A stretch of 64,000 nucleotides of DNA. Origin: Octopus vulgaris (lineage: Eukaryota). The DNA is taken from the NCBI GenBank assembly GCA_951406725.2, contig OX597834.1, positions 9,796,001 through 9,860,000 of the forward strand, written 5' to 3'. The notes under the pieces were generated by a model that was not told where the DNA came from, searched no databases, and was given only the letters and a program-made list of their open reading frames with translations. The position numbers and the translations under genes are program-made. This document shows positions 14,692-27,352 of this stretch, piece after piece; the stretch's first letter is position 1; each line of letters opens with the position of its first letter.

Positions 14692-15558
14692 ATGTATAGA
14701 ATAGTTCGGCATATTGTTAGATTTATAGATAACTGCTTGTTTTATGGATAAATAGACACAATTTACGGTTTCATACACATACACACATACTTATACCTGT
14801 ATATACTCATAAATATATATATATATATATATAAATATACGCATGTATTAATGTTTATAAGTGTGAACAGAGGAGGTGGGTGAGTAAGGAAGAGAAGTAA
14901 AGGGAAACAGATAGAGGTCGAAAGACCGTGGGATATAATCCCAGACAGCTTGATCGATTGATTCATCAGTCGTTTCACAGATAGAAAGGAGAGGGGAAAA
15001 TGTGGCCCTTGTAGATTGATTGCTTTCAAGTAATATTAAAGCAGTTTAAACATTTTATTGAATTCAAATATGTAAATATTAGATCGTGTTTGTTGAAATA
15101 TCTTGTGCACATCATTGAAATATGTCAATATATTTTATAGATATTGCACACAGTATTCCTATTATGCTAGAAGGAATAACTATAAACAATATAATCTTTA
15201 AAATTATTGGTATTATTATGTGTATATCTTATGTATGCAAGTTGTCATAGAAACTTTAAACATAAGTATATTTTGTACATAAGTTGAATAATGACACGTC
15301 AATGATATAATTCGATGCAATATACACACACACACACATATATATATATACACATATATACATTATATGTCATGAGATAATGATACTCATGTTTCTAGGT
15401 ATTAGGAAATATAGTATGCCATGATATCATTTTTAGTATATTATTACATTATAATATATATGGAAAATTTGTTCGTTCCAAATATATAAATTAATTAATG
15501 CTTTATAATTATTAAAGCTACAATACCATAACAAAGATATCACAAAAAATTGCTATTA

Positions 15559-15720
15559 GGCGCAGGAGTGGTTGTGTGGTAAGTAGCTTGCTTAACAACT
15601 ACATGATTCCGGGTTTACTCCCACTGTGTGGCATCTTGGGCAAATGTCTTCTCCTATAGCCTCGGGCCGACCCACGCCTTGTGAGTGGATTTGGTAGACG
15701 GAAACTGAAAGAAGCCCGTC

Positions 15721-15794
<74 letters not shown>

Positions 15795-16010
15795 ATGTGT
15801 CTGTGTTTGTACCCCACAACATTGCCTGGCAACCGGTGCTGTTGTGTGTACGTCCCCGTCACTTAGCGGTTCGACAAAAGAGACCGATAGAATAAGTACT
15901 AGGTTTACCAAGAATAAGTCCTGGGGTCGATTTGCTCAACTAAAGGCGGTGCTCCATCATTGACACAGTCAAATGACTGAAAAAAGTAAAAGAGTAAACA
16001 TGAGTAAAAG
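15559..16010 (+). mobile_element. tRNA-derived SINE family A, full length
   Basis: Head GGCGCAGGAGTGGTTGTGTGGTAAG (A box), a B-box-like GGGTTTACTCCC, TTGGGCAAATGTCTT, an internal (TA)n(TG)n and an AGTAAAAG tail. About 10 homologues in the window. Confidence 0.92.
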
Positions 16011-16210
16011 ATACTCAGTTTTATGTTTCCGTTCGTCGGACAATTTAGATTCAATTTAAATTGTCAGATGAACGGGAATGTGAAACTCTGAGTGGTAGGT
16101 TCTGTTATATTTTTATGATATTTTGCAATGTTAATAACAATAAAGCATATTACTCTACTCCGGTAATCCAGTACTATTTTCCCCACTTTCTTTCACATTT
16201 CTGTGATTAA
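16011..16210 (+). mobile_element. Element H2 copy with tail-to-tail inverted hammerhead-like motifs
   Basis: Inverted arms 16012-16050/16054-16093. Plus arm: ttgt-CAGATGA-ACG GGAA TGT-GAAACTCTGAGT. Minus arm: ttgt-CCGACGA-ACG GAAA CAT-AAAACTGAGTA. The downstream part is homologous to 7432-7500. Confidence 0.65.
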
Positions 16211-16944
16211 TTGTTAAATAATTTGAGTAAAATAACAATTTAAATTGACTTCTTTCCTTATTTAGCAAATGTGTGAACGTATATTTTATTATTTACATGT
16301 ATTGTTACACGTAAACCCTCGGACAGAAGCACTGACAGACGCCAGCAATAAAATTAAATACGTGCTCACTTGCACAGCAACGCATATGCTCTGTCCACAT
16401 GCATAAGTGTAAATATAAATATGTATAAAGGCAAACACCACACACACATACAGAGAGAAAACACAATGCTAATGAGAAGAGAGGTCATAGCGACAGTAGC
16501 AGCAGTACTAGTAGATTTAATAAAATTTATCCTTCTGTCTCACAGTGATTAATACGAGGTACAGTTTACATCGTAAAATATTATTTCTTTCTTGAGACGT
16601 TGACATTGCGGTTGTAAAGGGCAAATTGATATATAATTAAGGATCGTAAAATTTCATTTTTTTTCATCTGTATCTGTGTCCAATTGTTATATGTTCACAG
16701 TAAATCTATGCGAATTATCCAACTGCTCTAACTGTTTCTACATGTCGAAAGCAATTCAGAACATTATTAATGACGGGCATTTCAAAATAAGAAAACAAAT
16801 GTATTTATCTGAAAACATATGTACTTTATCTAAACCTGCTACCATGAAAGATTAATATGAATTATTTCGCTTCATATTACCCTTTCCTATTACATGACTA
16901 AAAGTCCTTGACATACATAGGAATAATATATTTATATATATATA

Positions 16945-17049
16945 TATTCCTCCTATATATGCATATATATATGATTGTATGTATGTATGTATGCATATAT
17001 ATATATATATCTATATATCTATGATTGTATGTATGTATGTATGTATGCA

Positions 17050-17084
<35 letters not shown>

Positions 17085-17104
17085 ATGATTGTATGTATGT
17101 ATGC

Positions 17105-17137
<33 letters not shown>

Positions 17138-17195
17138 GACAGATGGGCTTGTAGGTAGATATTATATATAGACAGATGGTCTTGTAGGTAGATAT

Positions 17196-17228
<33 letters not shown>

Positions 17229-17275
17229 ATATGTGTGTATGTATGTATATATATATATATGTGTGTGTATGTGTA

Positions 17276-17309
<34 letters not shown>

Positions 17310-17345
17310 GGTGTGTGTATGTATATATATATATATATATATACA
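16945..17345 (-). repeat. Compound microsatellite block, inverted homologue of 26963-27352
   Basis: Shares the anchors tattcctcc, atgattgtatgtatg and agacagatgggcttgtaggtagatatt (twice here) with the reverse complement of the 27-kb block. Confidence 0.85.
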
Positions 17346-18096
17346 CACAAGTACGGTTCTTAGAATGACATGAAACATTGCAAGCATCACACATTTCTCC
17401 ATCGCTAAATATTTTGTCGCCGGTTTGCTCTATTCCAAGCATCAATCTGGAAATCATCATAAATTCCTGACAAAAAAATAAAATCTCAAATGACGTAAAT
17501 TAATATAAAAACTCATCTGCAAGAAACGGGAGTTGTAAATTCGTATATTTCAAATAAAGCATAATAAAACAAAACGAAATATTTTATTTTCTCTATTAAT
17601 TATTACAAAAGTGAAAGTAACTACGAATATTGTTCCATGATTTTTAACTGAAGCTTATTCAAAAGACAGGAACTAAATCAAATTTGGTAGTGATTCTTTC
17701 AATGGAATTCTTTTATTGTCAGAATCTTTGGTGCATCAGGGAAATTTGTTTTTGCTTGAGAGGGTAGAAAGTAGTGAATTATATTCAAATACACCTGTTA
17801 ATTATCGTCAAGTACTTATCAATCTCACAATATTTAAATGTAATTAAAGATATATTTCAATATAAATGAATTGAATAATAATAATATGAGTTCGAACTTT
17901 ACGTTATATTATAGCACAATACCGAAAATATAATGGAAGTCGGATACAATACAATAAGATTTAGTATTAAGCTTTTAGTCATATTTTATGGAATATAATC
18001 GAAGACATAATGGGAAAATTTAGCATAATTAACTTCTAATATTACGCATTAAAAACCTGAAACAATGGAACGAAATTATTGACATAATAAAGTTAA

Positions 18097-18486
18097 TCTT
18101 TATATATAAAAGAAAGGTTGTGTGTCTGTCTACTCCGATTCAGATTCCTAACTACTCCCACATTTTGCGGTGCAGTTTAACAAAAACCGAGTATCTTATA
18201 GTCGTGATTCATATCGAGCCCTTCTGGGTATTAGCGCGCGTCTACGATGAGTCTACAATTTTAAAAATAATTTACCATCATTTTTTCCATTTTAATGTAT
18301 ATTTTTTAAATATAAGGGAAGTAACTCTCTAAAGATATCTACGATGAGTCAACGATTTAAAAAAAAATTTACCATAATTTTTTTTTCATTTTTAATGCAT
18401 TTTTTGCTATTTTGGGGCTATAACTCTAAAAATGTTTTATAGATATTTCCCTTACAACCCCGAACAACGCCGGTCGATACTGCTAG
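18097..18486 (+). mobile_element. Non-autonomous Helitron (390 bp)
   Basis: A|TC...CTAG|T termini with no TSD. A GC-rich subterminal segment (ccccgaacaacgccggtcg) sits just before CTAG. Two internal ~95-bp subrepeats. Co-terminal homologue at 62072-62461. Confidence 0.88.
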
Positions 18487-19379
18487 TAATATATAAATAA
18501 GTTTGAATCTAAATTTTAATCTCGGGACTTGACAGGTGTTGACGGAACCTGTAACGATAAATAAAAAAGTTTTACTTAACCGAGAAATGAAATAGGAACG
18601 TAGAGAAATAAATGAAGCAAAGCATTTTCAGATTATCTACCCTTTCTGTCAATACACAGCACTATCATCATTTATAATTATGAATCTTATCTGTGGCGCT
18701 ACGCCACGTCCTTTACTCTGTGAAAGTGTTAGTCAGTGAGATCAACACCAGGACTTGTGTGTCTTTTTTTTCTATCGATTCAGGACTTGAATTCAGAACG
18801 TGCGGGAAGATAACCAAATACTACCTGCCAATTTCTGCAACACTCTACCAATTATGCTAATAATCTACCCTTTTTCTATTACTTTATATCAGTTAAAGTA
18901 GTTTCGAAAACATACATACGTCACAGTTAATAAACCCAGCGAAACCACACTTCGCAGTCTTTCATACCTTAGCGAGAAGATAAATCTCAGAGTAGAATGT
19001 TTACCATATCTATCATCCCAACGAATCGATATTTACTACAGGATCAAGTATTTTGAAATGCTTGATAAAGCTTAGAGGTTCAAGCCTTAATTGACTTACT
19101 TTGGCTTTAACAGGTGGTTTATCAAGGAGAAACTAACTCACTTAATGCTTCAAAAATAAGATAAGGATCGGCACACCATAACCAGCATTCTATAAAGGTA
19201 GAATTAATACGCTATGCGTTATAATAGATGTTTCTGTATTTATTTGGTATTTTATTTCCTCGTCAAACAAATACAAACAGTTAATATTTGTATGCATTTT
19301 TTCGTGTTTTCAAATAGCAACGTATATTTATTCAAAGGCGGAAGCTTATACGCAGGTATTGGTCATTTTTATCAATGTG

Positions 19380-19382
<3 letters not shown>

Positions 19383-19423
<41 letters not shown>

Positions 19424-19840
19424 AATGTGTAGGTGTTTGTACGTTTATATGTATGCATATATATATATATATATATTTGTATGTATGCATATATATATAT
19501 ATGTATATGTGTGTGTGTGTATGAATATGTATATATATATGTATATGTGTGTGTATGAATATGTATATATATATGTATATGTGTGTATGAATATGTATAT
19601 ATATGTATATGTGTGTATGAATATGTATATATGTATATGTGTGTGTATGAATATGTATATATATGTGTATGTATGCATAAATATGTGTATGTATGTGTAA
19701 GTATGCATATATATGTGTATGTGTAGGCATGCATATATATGTATACATATATATGTATATATGTATACATACATATATATGTATACATACATACATATAT
19801 ATATATATATACATACATACTTATATATATATATATATGT
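19383..19840. repeat. Compound microsatellite/minisatellite (unit ~GTGTGTATGAATATGTATATATATGTATAT)
   Basis: The anchor tgtgtatgaatatgtat is repeated 5 times within TA/TG runs. Confidence 0.9.
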
Positions 19841-20136
19841 ATTCTGTATCTGCGGGTGTATGTCAATATTTTTTTATGTTTGTGATTACTTGCGCCTGTG
19901 TGTAATCATGTACGTTTGGTTTTTCTCTGTTTGATCAGCCACAAACAAACGTCAGAGCCAAGTATTTCTATAACTGACTTGTGACTGCGAACGTAACGAG
20001 CGCATATGTACATTTCTGTATGTGTATTTGAATTTAGCATTCGTATTTGTGCATTTCTAACGAGTACGCTGGGTGAAAATCCAAAGAGAATTTTCAATAG
20101 ATTGATTAGCGATGTTAAGGTTCTGTTTCCTTACAG

Positions 20137-20420
20137 CTATTCTTGATCTCCATTCTGTTCCGAATACAAGATAATTGACGCTGCGTAAGAAAGCGTGAAT
20201 GTGTTCACAGTAAAGAAGGGATAAAGCAACGGTCGAGAGCAGCATAATGATATTAAGATTCTGGAAGCGAGTTTAAAATAAATAGCCTAACAGAATAACG
20301 ATATTGGTTTGTCTGATCAGATTAGGAAATCTACAAAGGTGAAGCATTAAGGATCCTGTATGCAATTGAATTCGCCTAATTCATTCAGGAAACGCTGTGA
20401 GGCAAGTACGAGCTAAAATG
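20137..20420 (+). other. Speculative 5'UTR exon ending in ATG
   Basis: Acceptor ttctgtttccttacag|C at 20136 and aaaATG|gtaatt at 20418-20426, in repeat-free sequence. Splice-signal match only. Confidence 0.2.
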
Positions 20421-20585
20421 GTAATTATATTATCGCTGAGAGAATATCAATAACTTTATAATTTATATATACTGTAGATATTTTTAGTTAACTATTTCAC
20501 TTAGTTAAAAAAGCAAAATTAAGAAAACAAATTATATATGTGTACGTATGTGCATATGTTTTTTATGTATCAACAGGCACTTGCT

Positions 20586-20632
<47 letters not shown>

Positions 20633-21174
20633 TATTGTGTTGGTATGCATGTATGTATGTATTGAAAATGGCGAAATGATTACAGTTCGGTTACGTGGAT
20701 TATAAACCCATTCATAGCTAAACTTACTCTGTCTTTGCTTCCGGCCTAGAATAATATTCGACATGTTTTAAGTAGACCTCAGTATTGGTCAAATGATTAC
20801 ATATATTATATAAAATCTATATAATCTAAATCGAAGCATTGGTTTATATCTCCCTTTGGGCCTTGAAGGAGAATACTTATCAATAATATTGCAAACTCTG
20901 TTCAAATAAGAAGTGAATCTATTCCAAATCGTGAGATGTCTACATATGAGAGCTTCTGAAAAGTTCTCATACACTTATTTATTTTTTTACTTATTGAATC
21001 GCATGATAGTTTATAACACAAGTGAATCGCTACTAGACTTCTGAAGTTTCATCCTAACATATTACATATTAAAAACGTAATGACGTAATATTATTTATCT
21101 AAGTATATCTATCCAGCAATCAATTCCTCTATCTACCTATCTATTTATGTGTGCATGTATCTATATATCGCTCG

Positions 21175-21227
<53 letters not shown>

Positions 21228-21727
21228 ACGTCTTCACTCTGTATATTCACATACAAATATTTCTTGATATATTCGTATGTGTGTGTTTAGCGAACGGGTT
21301 AGCGGGTATTCTTATGCAATGCGCTTTATGTAATACACTTTTCAATATACTGGTCTAGATTTCGTGTAGGCCATTATATAAACACACTTTACCTATTTGT
21401 ACATACAGGATTTCTATGTTATATATATATATATATATATATATTTAAATACACTGCTCATACAATGTCACCTATCATTCAAGAAAATGCAGGAATTTTT
21501 CTTCAACTTATTTATTACTGCTTTAAATATAAAGCGAACATAGTTTGATGTATGCCCCTTATCTGGCAATTGTAAAATAAGGACATGCTTGTCGTAGTTT
21601 CAATGCTTTTAGACACTGGTTTACTCAGGCTAACCAAGACGTAACTGATAATGGCAGCTGTGAAAACTTGGTTTATATGTTTGCTCAAGGAAACCAAATC
21701 GTTGTTTTCACCTAATATTGATTACAC

Positions 21728-22176
21728 ATTTTGGCACAGTTCTAGTAATTTTGGGGATGAGATACGTCGACTACATGTACTCCAGTGATTAAGTGGTAGT
21801 TATTTTATCGATCCTGAAGGCGGCGAGCTGGCAGAAACGTTAGCACACCGGGCGAAATGCTTAGCGGTATTTCGTCTGCCGCTACGTTCTGAGTTCAAAT
21901 TCCGCCGAGGTTTACTTTGCCTTTCATCCTTTCGGGGTCGATTAAATAAGTACCAGTTACGCACTGGGGTCGATATAATCGACTTAATCCGTTTGTCTGT
22001 CCTTGTTTGTCCTCTCTGTGTTTAACCCCTTGTGGGTAGTAAAGAAATAGGTATTTTATCGATCCTGAGAGCATGAAACTCAAAGGTGACCTCGGCAGAA
22101 TGTGAACTAAGAACGTAAAGATGAATGTTAAGCATTTTGCCAGGCGTTCAAATGATCCCACCTGCTCGCCGCCTTA
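21728..22176 (-). mobile_element. Older SINE family B (tail 2) copy, interrupted by the 21818 insertion
   Basis: Tail-2 portion 21728-21817 and head portion 22069-22176 (…ctgctcgccgcctt) join into one element across the TSD. Confidence 0.8.
21818..22051 (+). mobile_element. Young tRNA-derived SINE family B (tail 1) with 17-bp TSD
   Basis: Head AGGCGGCGAGCTGGCAGAAACG, B box GAGTTCAAATTCC, tail ...AAAGAAATAGG. Perfect TSD tattttatcgatcctga at 21801-21817 and 22052-22068. Confidence 0.95.
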
Positions 22177-22229
22177 ACTTTTTATTTAATATTACTTTCA
22201 CATTCTGATAGTGCAATCTGTAGACTAGT

Positions 22230-22505
22230 GGAAGCACTCCGTCGGTTACGACGATAAGGGTTCCGGTTGATCCGAATCAACGGAACAGCCTGCTCGTGAA
22301 ATTAACGTGTAAGTGGCTGAGCACTCCACAGACACGTGCACCCTTAGCGTAGTTCTCGGGGATATTCAGCGTGACACAGAGAGTGACAAGGCCGGCCCTT
22401 TGAAATACAGGTACAACAGAAACAGGAAGTAAGAGTGAGAGAAAGCTGTGGTGAAAGAGTACAGCAGGGATCTGCTGCCCTAACCACTGGGCCATTGCGC
22501 CTCCA
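22230..22505 (-). mobile_element. tRNA-derived SINE (family C-type head, distinct tail), internally deleted, with 12-bp TSD
   Basis: Minus strand starts (G)TGGAGGCGCAATGGCCCAGTGGTTAGGGCAG (A box). TSD ctgtagactagt at 22218-22229 and 22506-22517. Confidence 0.88.
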
Positions 22506-22771
22506 CTGTAGACTAGTAAAGTAATGCTGTAAGTTAAATGAGTCTTAGGAAACTATATATTTAAAATTACACAATCACAGACAAGAATTTGCATAAGCAT
22601 AATTCGAAGAGTGGTCATGCGAACGCTCTTATACGCACTCACGGGACAGTCGAAGGCATTTAGAAATTTCCAAGCTAAAATAAATTTGTATCTTGAATTT
22701 AATGTTTCTTTCCTTTAGACAGCGTATATCATAAATTGTGATTGTCAATCTGTGATTCATTTCGTCTGTTG

Positions 22772-22977
22772 TAAAATTCTTCACTAAGACATCAACATTC
22801 ATACAAAGAACTTATATTAAAATCCTTCTTATGACAATTAATTAAACTCTTTATTACTGAACCTACTTAACAACTAAAATTCTTCACTAAGACATCAACA
22901 TTCATACAAAGAACTTATATTAAAATCCTTCTTATGACAATTAATTAAACTCTTTATTACTGAACCTACTTAACAAC
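22772..22977. repeat. Perfect tandem duplication, 2 x 103 bp
   Basis: 22772-22874 is identical to 22875-22977 (taaaattcttcactaag...acctacttaacaac). Confidence 0.95.
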
Positions 22978-23352
22978 ACGATAGAGGCTAAAGTAATAAA
23001 TATTATTCACGTCATCTCTCAAAGCCATATTATTATTTTCGTTATTTCTTTTCAGCGCTATATTATCTCATTCATTGAAATTGTAATTCCAATACTTATC
23101 GTACTAATATACCCACAAGTTAACTTCAGTTATTGAGTTAAAACTTTTCTAGTACTTCAGTAAGATTTCCACACGGTTGGTCAGCGGATTAAGAAGGCGA
23201 CACCCAGAAGGTCGAAGGTCAAAGGTCTTGAAATGTTCTCGGGTTTAGTTAACTTATTGTTGGAAAGAGACTAATTAGGAGTTATGAAGAAACTTTAATA
23301 AAAAGTTTAACCCCGAACACAGCTGCACACTTGATACTATGGCACGCAACCA

Positions 23353-23729
23353 TGTATACATATATATATATATAAATATACATATATACATATATATATA
23401 TAAATATACATATATATATATATACATATAAATATACATATATATATATATATACATATAAATATACATATATATATATATATACATATAAATATACATA
23501 TATATATATACATATACATTTATATATATACATATAAATATACATATATATATATATACATATAAATATACATATATATATATACATATAAATATACATA
23601 TATATATATATACATATAAATATACATATATATATCTATATACATATAAATATACATATATATATATACATATAAATATATATATATACATATAAATATA
23701 CATATATATATATATACATATACATATAA

Positions 23730-23787
<58 letters not shown>

Positions 23788-23790
23788 GCA
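23353..23790. repeat. Compound minisatellite (unit ~TACATATAAATATACATATATATA)
   Basis: The anchor catataaatatacata is repeated about 12 times. Confidence 0.92.
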
Positions 23791-24131
23791 TACATATGTG
23801 TGTTTGAGAGTGTGCATGTGTTTGTATGTGTGTGTACACATGAACTAACAAACCACACACGCTCTCGAGCTGTATATCATAATTTGTCTTAACCTGGTAT
23901 TTTCGTCAAATTGCTTGAGAAATATTCATGGAAATTATGAATTGATTGGAATTGTATACAACAATGAAAATAATAAACCACGAAGGTCAAGTTCTCATGT
24001 ATGATATAATGGAATATATTCACTTGTATGTATTAGCAAGCTAAGGAAGATAACAATAATAATCATAATAATAATAATGATGACAATTATAATAATAACG
24101 ATGATATTGATAATAATGATCATTTCTAATT

Positions 24132-24220
24132 TGAACTAAGAACGTAAAGATGAATGTTAAGCATTTTGCCAGACGTTCAAACGATCCCACCTGCTCGCCG
24201 CCTTAACGTTTTATTTAATA
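24132..24220 (+). repeat. 89-bp local duplicate of 22103-22191
   Basis: 86/89 identity, including non-SINE flank (…gccttaac[t/g]ttttatttaata). Confidence 0.9.
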
Positions 24221-24298
24221 CTTGCAGTAACGCCCGGCGTTGCTCGGGTTTGTAAGGGAAATAACTATAAAGCATTTTTAGAGAGTTATAACAAAACA
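24221..24298 (-). mobile_element. Helitron 3'-end fragment (same family as 18097 and 62072)
   Basis: The reverse complement matches the last ~78 bp of 62072-62461, including the hairpin. The terminus reads CAAG|T instead of CTAG|T. Confidence 0.85.
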
Positions 24299-24309
24299 TT
24301 TTTAATACG

Positions 24310-24469
24310 TACAGTTTCGGGAAAAGGGGATAGTCGATTACATTAGCCCCTAATGTAGTACTTACATCATCGACCCCGCAAGAATGAAAGCCAAAACTGA
24401 CTTCGGCAGAATTTGAAATCAGAATTTAAAGATTTAGCCCGGCGTGCTATCGTTCCTGCCAGCTGGCCA

Positions 24470-24470
<1 letters not shown>
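24310..24470 (-). mobile_element. SINE family B copy
   Basis: gtcgattacat...catcgacccc...atgaaag...cggcagaatttgaaatcagaa...ctgccagct, between (AAT)n and (ATT)n runs. Confidence 0.75.
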
Positions 24471-24508
<38 letters not shown>

Positions 24509-24579
24509 TAGTAATAATAATGATGATGATGATGATTATAATGATGATGATGATAATAATAATCCTATTCTATATATAC

Positions 24580-24770
24580 ATAGATACAAAGCCTGAACTT
24601 TTGGGGGAAGGCTACAAGTCAATTACATCAACCCCAGTGCGTAACTGGTACTTATATCATCGACCCCCGAAAGGTATGAGAGGTAACGTTGTCTTCAGAG
24701 GATTTTGAACTAATAGCATAAAGACGAACGAAATTTTGCTAAGCAATTTTTCCGACCTCCTAACGACTCC
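24580..24770 (-). mobile_element. SINE family B (tail 2) copy, 5'-truncated
   Basis: accccagtgcgtaactggtact...cgacccccgaaagg matches the reverse complement of the family B body. Confidence 0.75.
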
Positions 24771-25030
24771 AGGGACTTTTTGAGCAGGATGGGCTACTCG
24801 ACTTGAAGAAAATTCTGACTGGGCCCCACCTACAAGGTCATGCGCTGTTTATCGTGATGAGATCATCATGTCGCACATATATAGTTGTGATGCATGTGCC
24901 CGGTTTTCCTTTATCAGACTGGTAGTCATGAAGGGTATACTGGGGTTCGCATATTTTACCCCAGAGTCACTTTGATTGCATGTATCTCTCTCGCACCCAA
25001 TAATAATAATGATGATGATGATGATAATGA
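24771..25030 (+). mobile_element. Probable 3' end of a non-LTR retroposon ending in (AAT)n/(GAT)n
   Basis: GC-richer block abruptly replacing the SINE head and ending ctctcgcaccc-aataataataat. Single copy in the window, so the class is inferred. Confidence 0.45.
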
Positions 25031-25140
25031 TAAGTGAAAAGGACAAAACCTTGAGAGTAACAGAAAAGAAGCAAAATATGTCTCTAAATCCTATGTTTAA
25101 TACATCAAAATAAACCATTAAGCATTTTCTATTGTTAGCT

Positions 25141-25455
25141 AGTGGAGGCACATGGCCTAGTGGTTAGAGCAACGAACTCATAGTCGAGGGATCGTGGGTT
25201 CGAATCTCAGACCAGGCAATGTGTGTGTTTATGAGCAAAACACCTAAGCTCCACGCAGCTCCGGCAGAGGGTAATGGCAAAACTTCTGTTCTGACTCTTT
25301 CGCCACAACTTTCACTCTTTCCTCCTGTATATTGCCGCTCACCTGCGACGGACCGACGTACCGTCCAGGTGGGGAACCTATACACCAATAAACCGGGAAA
25401 CCGGACCTTATGAGCCAGGAATGGCTCGAGAAGGAACAAACAACAAACAAAAAGA
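25141..25455 (+). mobile_element. tRNA-derived SINE family C, full length, with 10-bp TSD
   Basis: A box TGGCCTAGTGG, B box GGTTCGAATCTC, (AAC)-type tail. TSD attgttagct at 25131-25140 and 25456-25465. Confidence 0.92.
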
Positions 25456-26327
25456 ATTGTTAGCTCCTGTACGAGTATTGGGAAGTTTATCAAACATTAT
25501 AGAAAGTGTATATATTCTGAAATGGGCCAATATCGCCTGTTATTTCTTTCGATATGTGTAGAAGCGAAATAATGGAAATTTTCTACAGTTGTATTGTATT
25601 GCCATTGATTAGCGGAAGGCTATGGTATCTATCAAAGTGATTTGGTATTTGATAATCGGTTTTCGCAATGGGGAAACCAAGCTGATACTCATAGGAACGT
25701 AAACACCTCCTATCAGGCAATTTTTTTCTCAAGAACACGAAAGGAGAATTTTACAAGATATTTGATAAATTCATCAAACATTCTCGAAAAACATCCTATC
25801 TTCTTACCATGCAGAGTTTACTCTGGATAATATAGTGTGGCATTAAATAGAGGATGCTTGAAAAAAATGTTAGTCGTCCGAATTCGGAATGCATCTTGAT
25901 CAGAATCCTTCTCAGTTATTCGCTGATTTGTTGCTACTCAACTTGCCAACGATCTGGTTGATAGCCTCACGCACACAATAAAAACAACAACATGATAACA
26001 TAGAGGAAAATCTAACGTAAACAAGCATGGGAAAGTTCGACTAACTAAAATCCAGGTTATAACGGTTAAACATTCCCTCTTCCATTTGGCGAACGTCTTA
26101 ACTGCATTTTTTTTACTGCTTTTATTCAGAAATGCATGACGAATGCATGTCAGTTGCGCATTGTTATATGTTTATAATATTCATTGATTAAGTGCAGAAA
26201 ATAAGAAAATGCTAACACCCATCGCCAAATCTATTTTGCATCTTTAACCCTTAGAGAAGCAACGAATTGTCATCAAAGTATTGGATATGTGGAGGGCATG
26301 GCGATATTTTTCATGAAAAACACACGG

Positions 26328-26580
26328 ATAGAGACGGACAGAAAGACAGACAGACAGACAGGTAGATAGATAGATAGGTAGTTAGATAGATAGATGGGTA
26401 GTTAGATGGAAAGTTGGGTAATTAGATAGATAGGTTAGTAGATAGGTAGGTAGTTAAATAGATAGATGGGTAGGTAGGTAGTTAAATAGATAGATGGGTA
26501 GGTAGGTAGTTAAATAGATAGATGGGTAGGTAGGTAGTTAAATAGATAGATAGGTAGCTAGTTAGATAGATAGATAGCTA
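26328..26580. repeat. (GACA)/(GATA)/(GGTA) tetranucleotide compound repeat
   Basis: Includes three copies of taggtagttaaatagatagatgggtagg-like units. Confidence 0.9.
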
Positions 26581-26962
26581 CATAGGTATATATATATATA
26601 TATATATATACATACAGAGAGAAAGAGAGAGAGAGAATGAGATAGGCTGGTACTTTATGAATCGATGTCGAATGTTAACAAGCCAACGTTGATGTCCGCG
26701 AGATTGGAATTCAAAGCAAAGAGCGTCAGAAGTCAACTTACGTATCACGTTACATTCTGACGACACTACGAACCAGCTGCTTGTGAAAGGATTACATGGA
26801 AAAAAACATCGATACCACAATTCCTCTCTTCCACTCCATGCCTAGTTAATCATGTGAAGATACCCCTTCATTGGATTCTTCAGGGAATCCTGATGTTCTT
26901 ATTGAACTCGTGTTTCAATCAAAATCGCAATGCAATATCATATATCTACCGAAGCAATTCAT

Positions 26963-27030
26963 ACATATATATATATACATATATATATACACACACACAT
27001 ATATATATAATATCTACCTACAAGCCCATA

Positions 27031-27078
<48 letters not shown>

Positions 27079-27352
27079 TACATACATACAATCATATATA
27101 TATATATATATATGCATACATACATACAATCATATATATATGCATACATACATACAATCATATATATATGCATACATACATACAATCATATATATATGCA
27201 TACATACATACAATCATATATATATACATACAATCATATATATATATATATATACATACATACAATCATATACATATATATATATATATATATATGCACA
27301 TACATACAATCATACATATATATATATATATGCATATATAGGAGGAATATAT
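26963..27352 (+). mobile_element. 390-bp microsatellite-rich insertion with 10-bp TSD
   Basis: agcaattcat at 26953-26962 and 27353-27362. The content is the inverted homologue of ~16945-17260, with an expanded catacatacaatcatat array. Confidence 0.75.
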
